64,000 nucleotides of DNA from positions 101,370,001 to 101,434,000 of the forward strand of contig OZ024741.1 of the NCBI GenBank assembly GCA_964016885.1, given 5' to 3'. Origin of the DNA: Eledone cirrhosa (Eukaryota). The translations under genes and the position numbers were made by a program. The notes under the pieces were generated by a model that saw only the letters and a list, made by a program, of their open reading frames with translations, had not been told where the DNA came from and made no database searches. Below, piece by piece: positions 1-12,058 of the stretch (position 1 is its first letter; the number at the start of each line of letters is the position of its first letter).

Positions 1-3000
1 ATCATAAGTCAGAGGCCTATACTATCGCTTACCTGGTTGCCTTTCGATATGACTACGGAATTCTGGAGAGTTGAAGAGAGAAAAATCTGGACGCTCAGTG
101 ACAATGCCAAAGACAAAGTCACCTCGTGGACGAGAATGCAAGCACTCCTCCTTGTTTCGGCCACGGATGGCTAACATAACCCCCCCCCCCCCCCCCCCCT
201 CCCACCGCCCCCACCCTCCAAACGCAATCCAAAACTTCAGAGTTGGTACCATGAATGTAGGCACCTTAAAGGGTCGTTCTAACGAGGTTGTAGAAATGCT
301 TGAACGTAAGGAGGTTGATGTTTGTTGTATTCAACAGACCAGGTGGAGGGGAGGGTCTGCTAGATTCATCGTGGGTAAAGAACGATGCTATAAGCTTTTC
401 TGGGTGGGAAATGACAATGGGCTGGGTGGAGTAGGAATCATGGTAGCAGAAAAGTGGGCAGATAAGATAATAGACGTAAATAGAGTGAACGACAGAATAA
501 TTAAAATAAGACTTGTCCTCAATAGAACTACGGTGACAGTAATATCTGCGTACGCACCCCAATCCGGACTGTCCGGCACTATAAAAGACAGATTCTATGA
601 GACACTGATGCTCGTCACCTCCCAAATAACCGACAGTGACTATATAATTATTGTAGGTGACCTAAATGGTCACGTTGGACAACATTGTGACGGCTATGAC
701 GGAATCCATGGAGGCTATGGTTTCGGTACTAGAAATGAGGAAGGCTCCAGAATCCTGGAATTCTGTGACGCAAATAACCTAACTATCTGTAACACTAACT
801 TCAAAAACGAGACAATCACTTGATCACCTATAGATCGGGGGAACACACAAGCTAGGTAGATTATATCCTTACCAGAAGACGTGACAGAGTGTCTGTTGTA
901 AACACTAAATCCCTCCCCCATGAAGAATGCACCTCCCAACATAGACTGATAATTAGCGACCTCATAGTCAGGACGAGACGTACTAGACAGCAGAAGAGGA
1001 CTATCCTCAGGAGAAAAATATGGAAGCTAAAGGACCCCACAACCAGAAATAAATTTCAAAGCATATTACTTGATGCTTTCGACAGTAAGGAAGAGCAATT
1101 AGAGTCGTATAATATAGAGGAACAGTGGGAATTCCTGAAAGCAAACCTGCTGACGGCGGCAGACAAAGTCTGTGGCTGGAGCAGGCCTGTAGGTAGGAGG
1201 AGAGTAATATGGTGTTGGAACAGTAAGGTGGAGGAGTCAATTAAGGCCAAAAAGCAGGGCTTGGAAAGTATGGCGGGATGGGGGAAGTAGAGAAGACTAT
1301 CAAGTGGCTAGGAGACCAGTGTACTTCGCAAGAAGGGAAGCAGAGGAAAGAAAGTTCAAGCATGTTCTACAACATGAGGACCAAAAACGTGAGGTGTTCA
1401 GGATTGCTAGGCAATGTGTCAAGGGAAACTGTGATATTGTCCGGGAGAAGTGTGTACTTAACGATGATGGCGTACTTGCCATCACTGACGCTGATAAGAA
1501 GGTAGCTTGGAAGTGTCACTACGAAAGGCTGCTAAATGAGGAGAATAAATGGGAGAAAGACAGTCTCCCCCACATCGACCCAATAGAGGGACCAGCAGTG
1601 TTAGTCGAAGGTAATATAATAAGTAAGGCAATCAAAGATATGAAGACGGGTAAGGCGGCTGGGCCTTCGGAAATAGTTGCTGAGATGCTGAAAGCCTCTG
1701 GAACGGTGGGACACACCATGGTCACCCGGATAGTAAACCAAGTCATACAGAATGGGGTTGTTCCGAAGGACTGGCGTAGCAGCATCATCATTAACTGTTA
1801 TAAGGGTAAAGGAGATGCCCTAGATAGGAGTAACTATAGAGGCATTAAATTAATTGACCAGGTCATGAAGGTCACGGGAAAAGTAATAGCACAACTAATC
1901 AGAGAGAGAATTGATCTAGATGAAATGCAGTTCGGGTTTGTGTCAGGCAAAAGTACCACAGACGCTCTTTTCGTTGTACGACAACTACAGGAGAAGTACC
2001 TAGCTAAAAGTAAACCCCTATACTTAGCTTTTGTTGACTTGGAGAAAGCCTTCGACAGAGTTCCCCGTTCCATTATCTGGTGGGCTCTTAGAAAACTAGG
2101 TGTTGACGAATGGCTTGTGAGAGCTATAGAAGCCATGTATAAAGAAACAGTCAGCAAGGTTAGAATTAACAACGAATATAGTGAAGAGTTTAGTGTAAAA
2201 GTTGGTGTTCATCAGGGCTCTGTTCTCAGCCCCCTACTATTTATTATTGCCCTTCAGGCTATAAACAGTGGAGTTCAAGACCGGCTGCCCATGGGAACTC
2301 CTATACACAGATGATCTAACGCTCATAGCTGAATCAATGGCCGAGCTAGAGAAGAAATTCCAAACATGGAAGCACGGCCTAGAATCAAAAGGCCTTAAAA
2401 TTAACTTGGCTAAGACTAAAGTTCTAGTTTGTAGGAAAGAAAATAAGGCGCCGGTCCCTTCCGGGAAATGGCATGCTCAGTGTGTAGGAAAGGCGTAGGT
2501 AGAAACTCCATTTTATGTCCCAAATGCAAAGTATGGGTGCATAAAAGATGTAGTGAGATCACAGGTAAGCTAACTAAGAACATAGATTTTACATGTGGCC
2601 GGTGTTCTGGTGCAATAAGTAGCAGCAAGTGCCCACAAAATACTAGCTCTTTCAATTGCGCAGAGGGTTCTATAGAAATAGTGGACAGCATCCGTTACCT
2701 GGGTGACAAAATCAGCAGTGGGAGAGGGTGCTCTGAAAGTACAGTAGCTAGAGTCAGAAATGGATGGAAAAAGTTCAGAGAGCTTATACCACTATTAGCC
2801 GCTAAAGGGTTCTCCCTAAAAATGAAAGGCAGGTTGTATGATGCCTGCATACGAACAGCAATGTTGCATGGCAGTGAGACCTGGGCATTGTGTGCAGAGG
2901 ATATACGCAGACTAGAGAGGAACGAAGCATGCATGCTCCGCTGGATGTGTAATAGTAATATACGTGAACGGCAAAGCATAAACGAACTAAGGAAAAAATT

Positions 3001-3638
3001 AGAAATAAGAGGGATCAGATGTTGTTTACTCGAGAGAAGGCTACGTTGGTATGGTCACGTGATGCGCATGAAAGACGACAGCAGTATAAAAAAGTGCAGG
3101 GCAATAAAGATAGACGGTAGCCACGGAGTAGGCAGACCCAGAAAAACCTGGGACGACCTGATAAATTCTGACCTCACACACTTACACCTCTCCAAGACAA
3201 TGTCACTGGACCGAGATCTTTGGCGGTACTCAGTAACAGAGAAGACCCGCCTTGCCTAAATACAAAGTAAACCTATTACAGTCAGTAGGCATCTCTAACA
3301 AAATACGCCCCGTCACACCACCCCCACCCCATCCACACCGCCCCTTTCAATGTAAAGTTATGTTGGTGCCACAACATCCAGGCCGAAACAAATGAGATCG
3401 TGTAGGTGTCACGACAAAAAAACACAGTCCACGCTGTAATGTGGCCGTGTAGGCAACACGGTAAAAACCTCACAGTCCCACACTAAATGTGGTTGGTGTT
3501 AGGAAGGGCATCCAACTGTAGAAAACCTGCCAGACAGTCCTATGCGAGCAAGACAAGCACTCTTGCCTCAAGTGGGAATACCCCCGTCCAAACCCATGCA
3601 AGCATGGAACACGGACGTTAAACGATGATGATGATGAT
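1..3638 (+). mobile_element. RTE-clade non-LTR retrotransposon, family A, defective copy (5' end outside window)
   Basis: ORF pieces 71-823 (APE: GTMNVGTL, SAYAPQ, GDLNGHVG), 889-1290, 1304-2314 (RT: NYRGIKL, QFGF, VDLEKAFDRV, GVHQGSVLSP), 2268-2498 (YTDD) and 2468-3259 (LRWYGHV, GRPRKTW) are separated by frameshifts/stops. The 3' UTR ends in (GAT)5. Confidence 0.96.
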
Positions 3639-3645
3639 ATATAAG

Positions 3646-3668
3646 CAAACGGGATATTTCATTTGTTG
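3646..3668 (+). CDS. Putative 23-nt host micro-exon (duplicate of 21278-21300)
   Basis: AG|CAAACGGGATATTTCATTTGTTG|GTAATT. Read as phase 1 to phase 0 it gives (S)NGIFHLL. The acceptor context is weak. Confidence 0.3.
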
Positions 3669-3780
3669 GTAATTCAACAAATATATTTGTTTATAACTGA
3701 TTCGTAGCACTCGACAGGTTTTCTGGAGTATAATATTAATGATATTAAATAAATGGAAACTATATTTATAAAACCATATT

Positions 3781-4671
3781 TATTCTATTATATATATTTC
3801 AAGGGTATCAAAACTTTGGTATGCACTCATCAGATAAAATACAAAGTTTGTTTTATAAATATTGACATATCCAGGAAAGTGATCTTAATGGTTCAAGTTT
3901 TTCCTGGATAGTAAAATAAATTATATAATTTCGCTAAATTAACAATGTTCTGAAAACATTTTCAATGTCGGAGGAAAATATTTGAATCTACAAATTGTTC
4001 TTCTCTTACAATTTGAACTACGTCTTTTTCTTAAATATTTATGTAAAATGTAAAATCAACATCCTTTGTAATTCATCTTAGAAATGTAAACAATTAATAC
4101 GTGTGGTTTATTTCTATAAAATCACCAATAATACTTATACTTGCACACTTATTAATCTATATAGATATTTATATACTTACAACCTGTTACAATGTAATAA
4201 GATAAAATGTACTTACAACCATAATTCTTCATATAATATAATTGATTGTATATATAATATTATAACTCATAATATAGCTAAATATATTTTTTAAATTCTG
4301 GAATCCTATTCCACCATTCCTACAAACTTTTAATTCTTTTTAAATTCATGTAAATACAAGCTTTTCTTTCTTTCTCTTACTTCTTCCTACACATACATAT
4401 ATATATCCTAATAATTATTTAAATTTACCTAGCGTCTAAAAATAACGTTTTTTTCAGCCCTATACTTTAACCTCATTTGCATATTTATCTTAATAATTTG
4501 AAATATTTGACTTTTCCTCTCTTTCCCCTTTTTCCTTTTACTATCCAGGAAAAACTTGAACCGTTAAGATCACTTTCCTGGATATGTCAATATTTATAAA
4601 ACAAACTTTGTATTTTATCTAATGAGAGCGTACCAAAGTTTTGATACCCTTGAAATATATATAATAGAATA
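3781..4671. repeat. Fold-back element with ~136-bp inverted arms (3781-3916 / 4536-4671), probably PLE pseudo-LTRs
   Basis: The arms are near-perfect reverse complements, and each contains a hammerhead-like core. Confidence 0.8.
3782..3840 (-). ncRNA. Minimal type I hammerhead ribozyme motif (PLE-type)
   Basis: Minus strand reads ATTTTAT-CTGATGA-imperfect stem II-GAAAT-ATAT..-ATA-ATAGAAT. Stem I is 7 bp with one G.U and loop III is palindromic. The partner arm has CTAATGA. Confidence 0.6.
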
Positions 4672-4807
4672 TTATGTTTAATTATTAATATTTTCTTCTT
4701 GAGTCATATCCCCATCGAAGGTGAAGCATTCATTTTGCTTTTTCTAATATTAATATATTTGGAGCTAATTATTTCTATTTACTGTTTCATTCTTTTTATG
4801 ATATTAG

Positions 4808-4867
4808 CAACCAGACGAAAGTTATTCACCAAACTCTAAACAGTATGGTTCAAGGCCTCCATTTCAG
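4808..4867 (+). CDS. Putative 60-nt phase-0 host exon QPDESYSPNSKQYGSRPPFQ
   Basis: Pyrimidine tract + TAG acceptor, 20 open codons, CAG|GTATGT donor. Confidence 0.72.
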
Positions 4868-4976
4868 GTATGTATATATATATATATTTACTTTATATTT
4901 ACTTTTTCATTCTTTTATATATTCATATATATATATTTACTTTATATTTACTTTTTCATTCTTTTTATATTATTAG

Positions 4977-5036
4977 CAACCAGAGGGAAGTTATTCACCA
5001 AACTCTCAACAGTATGGTGCAAGGCCTCCATTTCAG
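4977..5036 (+). CDS. Putative 60-nt phase-0 host exon QPEGSYSPNSQQYGARPPFQ
   Basis: Tandem paralog of the previous exon, with the same acceptor and donor and the frame preserved. Confidence 0.72.
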
Positions 5037-5211
5037 GTATGTATATATATATATTTATATATTTATAGCCCTGTGGACTGGTTATATTTTCTACGATGCA
5101 GGAGTTTTAACAATTATACATTGCTTATTTATACTAGACCGCCGAGTCCATTTCTTTAATCTGAAAAGAGTGTTCACCACAACATATATATATTTGTGTG
5201 TGTTTGTATGA

Positions 5212-5500
5212 CATCATCAATGATCAACATCATCATCACCGTTAAACATCTATTTTTCCATGCTTGCATATATGTTAGACAGCTGTCACATTACATATTC
5301 AAGCCAGACTGATCAGGTGTCTAAGTCCTGCTCATATGCTTTATTTTGGCATAGTTTCTATAGCTAGATGCCCTTCCTAATGCTAACCATTTTATAGTAT
5401 GTGCTGGGAGCATGGTTTCTATGGCTGGATGCCATTCCTAACACCAACTACTTCACAGAGTGTACTGGGAGCATTTTATCATCACTGCGACACTACCACC
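5212..5500 (-). mobile_element. Degenerate RTE-derived short element (3' tail plus two copies of the GGTGTTAGGAAGGGCATCCAGC-like motif)
   Basis: Shows a (CAT)n tail, the ccatgcttgcat 3' stem, and the gatgcccttcctaa motif twice. Confidence 0.6.
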
Positions 5501-5514
5501 TTACATGGTGGACT

Positions 5515-6505
5515 ACATGCTCTCACCACCTCTGTCCATGATTTTTGTGGTCTTCCACTACTGCGTCTTCCTTCTACTGGGAGTTCTTGACACTTCTTTA
5601 CCCAGCGGTCATCCTCCATGCGCATCGCTTCTCCATACCAACGCAATCTTCTCTCCCGCACACTACAGCTTATCCCACTTCTTCTTTTTGTATCTTCGAA
5701 GCATGTGGTTATATGACAGTTTCCCATTTCTTTACACAGTCCTTTGCATTATTATTAAATTTTGCGAGGTCTTTTAAGCTGCACTGGTTGGGTAGTAGAG
5801 GGCAAACAAGGCAGTGCTGCATTGTATGGTCCTCTTCTCCGCATTCGCAGATGGTTTTAGGCCGGTCTTGTAGCCCCATCTGGCCATAGCAGCTTTTGAT
5901 CATCCCATTCCTGTTCTCAGGTGGTTGAGTGTCTTCCACTGGACCCATGGTGCTTCAGAAGTGGGGATTCCCATGTCAATAGGAGAGGAGTTATTCTCTT
6001 GCTTTCTAGTCCATAGTTTCTCTGTCACCTCGTCTATGCCTGGTCGTTCACGCACATTGACATTACACATCCATTGGAGCATGCTTACTTCATTTCTCTC
6101 CCGCCGTCGCATATCCTCCGCAGTTGCTGCCCATGTCTCACTACTATGCAGCATCGTGCATCTCACACAGGCATCATATAACCGGCTTTTCATTTGTAGG
6201 GAGAAACCCTTTGTGAACAGAGGAAGCAGCTCCCTAAACTTCTTCTAACCCCTCCTTATTCTAGATACTATGACCTCGGAACACCCTCCTCCCTTGCTAA
6301 TTTGATCACCTAGGTATCAGAAGCTATCAAACACCTCTATAGATCCTACCTGCATTTGAAAAATGTGTCTATCGCTGCGACTTCTACTGTCAAATTTCCC
6401 TGAACATCAACTGCATATGTAGTTTTCCCTACATGTTAGTTTGCCTGCTATCCCACTACATCTTCTGTGTAACCAAGATCTGCATTGTGTACATTCTATA
6501 GAATT
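5515..6505 (-). mobile_element. RTE family C fragment (3' part of RT); host of the Gypsy and Ingi-like insertions
   Basis: Peptides RLYDACVR..HSSETWAATAEDMRR and RLRWYG..EDDRWVKKCQELPVEGRRS match the copy at 44366-47650. It continues at 15749. Confidence 0.9.
5678..6005 (-). mobile_element. 3' fragment of a different LINE (Ingi/Vingi-like C-terminus)
   Basis: WKTLNHLRTGMG...CECGEEDHTMQHCLVCP (CCHC knuckle)...CVKKW then stop, followed by a short A/AAG-rich tail. It interrupts the RTE-C reading frame. Confidence 0.6.
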
Positions 6506-6888
6506 TGTAGCGCTGTCTAGACAGGGAAGTAGCTAGAGTTACTTCCTGTCGAAAGTCTAGAACCCTCTTTGCAACTTCCGGAAAGAGGATATAAATAGCA
6601 GCAACGCAGTCAGCTCTATCTCTTTTGGCGCCTTCCTTCAAACCAACAACACTGAAGATAAGCATGTTAACTTTTCTCTAACCACCTATCATGGATCTGG
6701 ACTATACCTAATTATGTACGAGAATATTTGTGTACAACAATTATAACATGGAGCTACAATAAAAATGAAGACTTATATTCGATATGGTGTTTTGTAAAAG
6801 ATCTTATTCTTTTCTGTATAAAATTTAGTAGTTAGATTCCGGTGACATTTTCTCGAGTAAATAACCCTGGTTCTAGCAGAACACTAAA
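6506..6888 (+). repeat. Gypsy 5' LTR
   Basis: TGTAGCG...CACTAAA, a direct repeat of 15374-15748 with scattered substitutions and one small indel. Confidence 0.95.
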
Positions 6889-6889
6889 A

Positions 6890-6903
6890 TGGTGACCCGA
6901 CGT
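6890..6903 (+). promoter_or_regulatory. Primer-binding site, tRNA-Trp-like
   Basis: TGGTGACCCGACGT lies immediately after the LTR and is complementary, with one C missing, to the tRNA-Trp 3' end ACGTCGGGGTCACCA. Confidence 0.75.
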
Positions 6904-7165
6904 AAAGAAACACCAACAAAATAAAAAATGAAAATTTCCGGATAAGCATTAAGCATTTCAACAAAGCCTGCGTTTTGTATTCGCCATTTTGCTTCCTCCG
7001 TGTTACATCACTTCAACTATTCATGTTACCACCACGTGCGCATATATTTTTTAAAAAATAACTAAATTTCTTTCAAATGTGTTGTCATTGGCTGATTCAA
7101 GGAAGTTAAACCACATGTGCGGCATTTAAAAAAAAAGAACATTTCACCCGGCGGCTACTACATTC

Positions 7166-7975
7166 ATGATGAGCAATTCTTCGCTACCGACGTATTCAGG
7201 TGATGCAGAGTTGTGGTTTGCACAACTAGATTCGTATTTTGTTGCACATGGCGTCCAAGCGGTACAACAAAGGTTACACGTGCTCATACTCATAAGCGGA
7301 ATCCCTGCCTCGCTCGCCGTGTCAGTAAAAGATATCACAGATACCCCACAAGGCGTCACTTACGAGACCCTTAAGGCAGAAGTGCTCAGACGGAACAGCC
7401 GTTCGTCTGAGAGCAAATTTCGTTCCTTGTTGGAGGAGGAAAACCTGGGAGATAGAACCCCGTCCTAGTTTTATGGCGCATCCGGGAACTGAGCGACTCA
7501 ACAGCAGAGACAACTCTTTTGTAAAACAATTCTTCTTCTCCCGTTTGCCAACAAATGTGCAGACCATACTGGCAAATATAGTCGACACCAGTTCTCTGGA
7601 CCAAATTGCAGCCTCAGCGGACCGCATAATGGAATTTTCTCGAGTACCTACTTTGGCAGATCCACACATTGCTTCTTCTACTTTTAAAGCACAGCCTGTT
7701 CCACTTCGTGAGGACTCTATAATTGAGAGCCATTGACGTGCTAACTCGTCAAGTGACGTCCGCGAAGTCGTTCTCCTTCTTTTCATCGTCGCGCCAATAC
7801 CCCCGCCAACAACTCGTCTTTATGTTGGTATCACGTGCATTTATTGAAAAGGCGAATGATTGTATTCAACCCTGGAGAGTCTGTGCACGGCAGATCTCTT
7901 CCCCATTAATTCTCCTTATCGTGCCTTTTTCATAAAAGATCGAATTTCAAACAAATCGTTTATGGTCGACAGGAT
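7166..7975 (+). pseudogene. Gypsy gag and N-terminal protease, disrupted
   Basis: LPTYSGDAELWFAQLDSYF, LGDRTPS*, FFSRLPTNVQTIL, then FIKDRISNKSFMVD cut at the catalytic D(T)G motif by the RTE-B insertion. Confidence 0.85.
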
Positions 7976-10900
7976 ATCATCATCATCATCATCATCACCG
8001 TTTTACGTCCGTTCTTCCACGCTAGCATGGGTTAGACGGGTTGTCCTGTTGTGTGCAGTGTCTGGTCGGCTGACCATGCCTTGCTCATACAGGAACTGAT
8101 CTGGCTTGATTTCTACAGCTGGATGCCCTTCCTAACACCAACCTCATTTACAGTGAGTGCTGGGTGCTTTTTCGTGGCGCCTACACGTCCACTTTACAGT
8201 GTGGGCTGGGTGCTTTTTTGCCGTGGCACCTCCACGACCACCTTGCGGTGGGGGTGTGTGGGGGCATATTGTTTATATGCTTCAGCATGTACCCATGGGA
8301 GGTCGGGTACTCTGTATTACTGCGTGACGCCAGAAGTCACGGTCGTGTGTCATTGTCTTTGAGAGGTGTAATTGGGTAAGGTCGGCTTTTATCACCTCAT
8401 CCCAGGTCATCTTGGGTCTCCCCACTCCGCGGTTTCCATCAACTTCTAGTGCTCTGCACCTTTTTATGCAGCTGTCATCCTTCATACGCATCACATGTCC
8501 ATACCAGCGCAACCGCCTCTCCTGCAAATAGCATTTGATTCCTCTTATGCTCAGTCTCTCTCTCAATTCATTTATGCTTTGTCGTTCACGTATATTACTG
8601 TTACACATCCATCGGAGCATGCAGGCTTCGTTTCTCTCTAATCTACGTAAGTCTTCCACCTTCAGCGCCCAGGTCTCACTACCATGCAACATCGCTGTTC
8701 GGATACACGCATCATACAGTCTGCCTTTCATTCTGAGGGAGAAGCCTTTTGCAGCTAGCAGTGGTAGTAGTTCCCTAAACTTCTTCCATCCCGTTCTTAC
8801 CCTAGTTATTGTACTTTCTGAACACCCACCTCCGTTGCTAATTCGGTCACCTAGGTAGCAGAAGCTGTCTACTGTTTCTACAGGGCCCTCCCAGAGATTG
8901 GTGGTACTTGTTTCCTGTGGCTGTTTGCTGCTTGCTGTTTCAGCACAGCTGCTGCATGTGAATCCTACATTCTTAATTAAGCTTCCTGAGATCCCGCTAC
9001 ACCTCTTGTGTACCCATTGTTTGCATTTGGGGCAGAGAATGAAGTTCCTACCTACTCCTTTCCTACATACTGAGCAAGGCCATTTCCCTGAGGGGATCTG
9101 GGTTCTGTTTTCTCGTCTACTTACAAGGACCTTAGTCTTTGTCATGTTGACTTTGAGACCCTTTCTCTCTAGTCCCTGCTTCCAGGTTTGGAATTTATTC
9201 TCTAGTTCTACTATAGATTCAGCTATGAGTGCGAGGTCATCAGCATACAGGAGTTCCCATGGGCATCCGGTCTTAAACTCCTCCGTTATTGCCTGCAGAA
9301 CTATGATGAACAGGAGAGGGCTAAGAACAGAGCCCTGGTGGACCCCAACCTGTACGCTAAATTCCTCGCTATACTCATTGCTAATCCTAACTTTGCTGAC
9401 TGCTCCCCTATACATGGCTTGTACCGCTTTCACAAGCCATTCATCTACTCCTAGTTCTCTAAGAGCCCACCAGATTACAGCACGTGGAACTCTGTCAAAG
9501 GCTTTCTCAAGGTCGACAAATGCCAAGTAGAGTGGCTTACTTTTAGCTAGGTACTTTTCCTGTAATTGCGTCACAAGGAAGAGGGCATCAGTGGTGCCTC
9601 TTCCTGGTACAAACCCAAATTGCATCTCGTCTATATTCACCCGGTCCCTAATCAGCTGTGCTATAACTCTTTCTGTTACTTTCATGACCTGGTCCATCAA
9701 CTTTATACCTCTATAGTTTCCTCTATCTAGTGCATCGCCTTTACCTTTGTAGCAGTTGACAATGATGCTACTGCACCAATCTTTTGGTATGGCCCCTTCT
9801 AGTATTACCTGGTTAACGATACGTGTGGTTATAGTGTGACCTACAGACCCAGATGCCTTCAGCATCTCGGCAGCTATACCCGATGGACCGGTTGCCTTCC
9901 CCATCTTCATATCTTTGATTGCCTTACTTACTACGCTGCTGCTGACTTGTACTGCTGGTCCCTCTATAGGGTCTACTTGGGGTAGGGTCTCTTCTTCCCA
10001 TGCATTCTCCTCATTTAGTAATCTATCATAATGACTCTTCCATGCATATTTCTTCTCAGCACTTGTGAGGGAAAGCTCACCTTTATCATTCCGGATACAC
10101 TTCTCTCCAATGACATCGCAACTATCTCTGACACACTGCCTCGCAATCTTGAATACCTCCTGTTTCTGGTCCTCACGTTGTAAAACATGCTTGAATTTTC
10201 TATCCTCTGCTTCCCTCCTAGCTAAGTATACTTGTCGCCTAGCTTCCCTCTTGGTCTCTATGTAATGTACCCTGCTCCCCTCGTTCTTCCATTCTTTCCA
10301 TGCCTGTCTCTTGGCCTTAACTGCTTCATCTACCTTATTGTTCCACCACCAAGTCACTCTCCTCCTGCTTGAGGTCTTACTCCAGCCACAGACCTCATCC
10401 GTCGCCTCTAGTAAATTATTTTTTAGGAACTCCCAGTTCTCTTCTACGTTAAATGTCTCTATCTGTTCTTCTTTACTGTTGTAGGCGTTGAGTAAAATAT
10501 CTTTAAATCTGTTACTGGTTGAGGGGACTTTCAGCTTCCAGATCTTTCTTCTCCAGGTTGGCCTCTGTTTCCGGGTTCGTCTAGTTCTGACCGTGAGGTC
10601 GCTGACAACTAAGCTATGTTGGGATGTACATTCCTCACTAGGGAAGGCTTTTGTGTTTACGATCTGTCACGTCCTCTGATGAGGATAAAATCTAACTGAC
10701 TAGAGTGCTCCCCTGATCTATAGGTGATCAGGTGGTTGTCGGGTTTTTTAAAGTTTGTGTTACATATCGACATGTCATTGGCGTCGCAGAATTCTAGAAG
10801 TCTGAATCCTTCCTCATTCCTTGTGCCAACTCCATGGCCTCCATGTACTCTATTGAAGCCGTCGCAGTGTTTATCTACGTGTCCGTTAAAATCTCCTGCG

Positions 10901-12058
10901 ATGATTAGGAAGTCCTTGTCGTCTGTTAGAGCAGTAGTGTGTATTAGGGACTCGTAAAACCTATCCTTAAGTTCGTCTGGCAGCCCCGATTGGGGTGCGT
11001 AAGCTGATATTATTGTGGTAATTGTCTTATTCAGGACTAGTCTGAGTTTAATGATTCTTGCATTTACCCTGTACACTGAGATTACTTTATCTACCCACTT
11101 GTCAGCTAATAGTATACCTACACCACCCATCCCATCGTCATTTCCCACCCAGAAAAATTTGTAGCACTGGCTTTTTCCTACAAGGACTAGTCTCTTGCAC
11201 ACAGCATACATCAACTTACTTTCGCTCTAGCATTTCTAAGATTTCTCCTGCTCTTCCTTTCATTGAGCCTACATTGATGGTACCAACTCAGAGTTTTGGG
11301 CATTTGTCGACACTCGTAGGGGAGGGTCTCTGGGTTGGCGCTTCACGTGGGTGCTTGGTAGCTCGCAGATTCATATTTCATCTATTGATTCAGAGTTGCT
11401 CAAATGTATTCTCAGCTCATCCATCCATAACGGTGGGAAAATTGAGGGCTAGAAGAACAGTGGTGGTGGGGTAGTGGCAGGGTGTGTTCGGCTGCGCCAG
11501 AGGAGGAGAGAGTTAGTTAGGTAGGTAGTAGCAGCAGCAGCAGTGGAAATGGCATGCTGAGGTTTGATTGGTTGAATCGGCTATCGTGGTGTGTGGGGGT
11601 GGGTGGGAGGGAAATTGTGAGGTAGGCACTGAGGGTCGCATGGTAAATAACCGAGAGAGATACAATATAATTAGAATACCGCATGGTAAATATCCAAGTT
11701 AATACACCAGTAAAATTAACAATAATAACGTCATGAAAACTACTAAGAAACCTTCGAAAATTTATCGATAATACAGCAGGAAAACAGCATTAATATTAAC
11801 AACAATATATAGACTAAAATACCTTCGAAGATTAGTATGGATGGATGGCTGGAACGAATTGAAATCAACTCTAATGATACATTTTAGCAGATAAGGGGAA
11901 AAGTGTCTTGTCTCTTCAAAAGTTTGAGAATGAATGAGGTTCGATAGGTTAGAGATAGGGTAGTAATCCTAAAGAGAGGCATAGAGAGGGGGGGAGGGGG
12001 TAGGCACTGAGGGTCGCATGGTAAATAATGAGGTTCGATAGGTTAGAGATAGGGTAGT
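7976..12058 (-). mobile_element. RTE family B, near full-length, inserted in the Gypsy protease
   Basis: ORFs 8282-10357 (RT, YADD) and 10657-11214 (APE), a (GAT)n tail at 7976, and a 5' region with internal direct repeats. Confidence 0.95.

Noticed and set aside
3708-4730. Extra micro-exons CACTCGACAG (10 nt) and TCATATCCCCATCGAAG (17 nt) that together would keep frame
   Set aside because: Their donors (GTTTTC, GTGAAG) are poor, so they cannot be supported without transcript data.
8535-9530. Recurrent antisense ORFs over RTE RT regions (e.g. 210 aa here)
   Set aside because: They recur only because the TE copies are homologous, and they show no domain signature.
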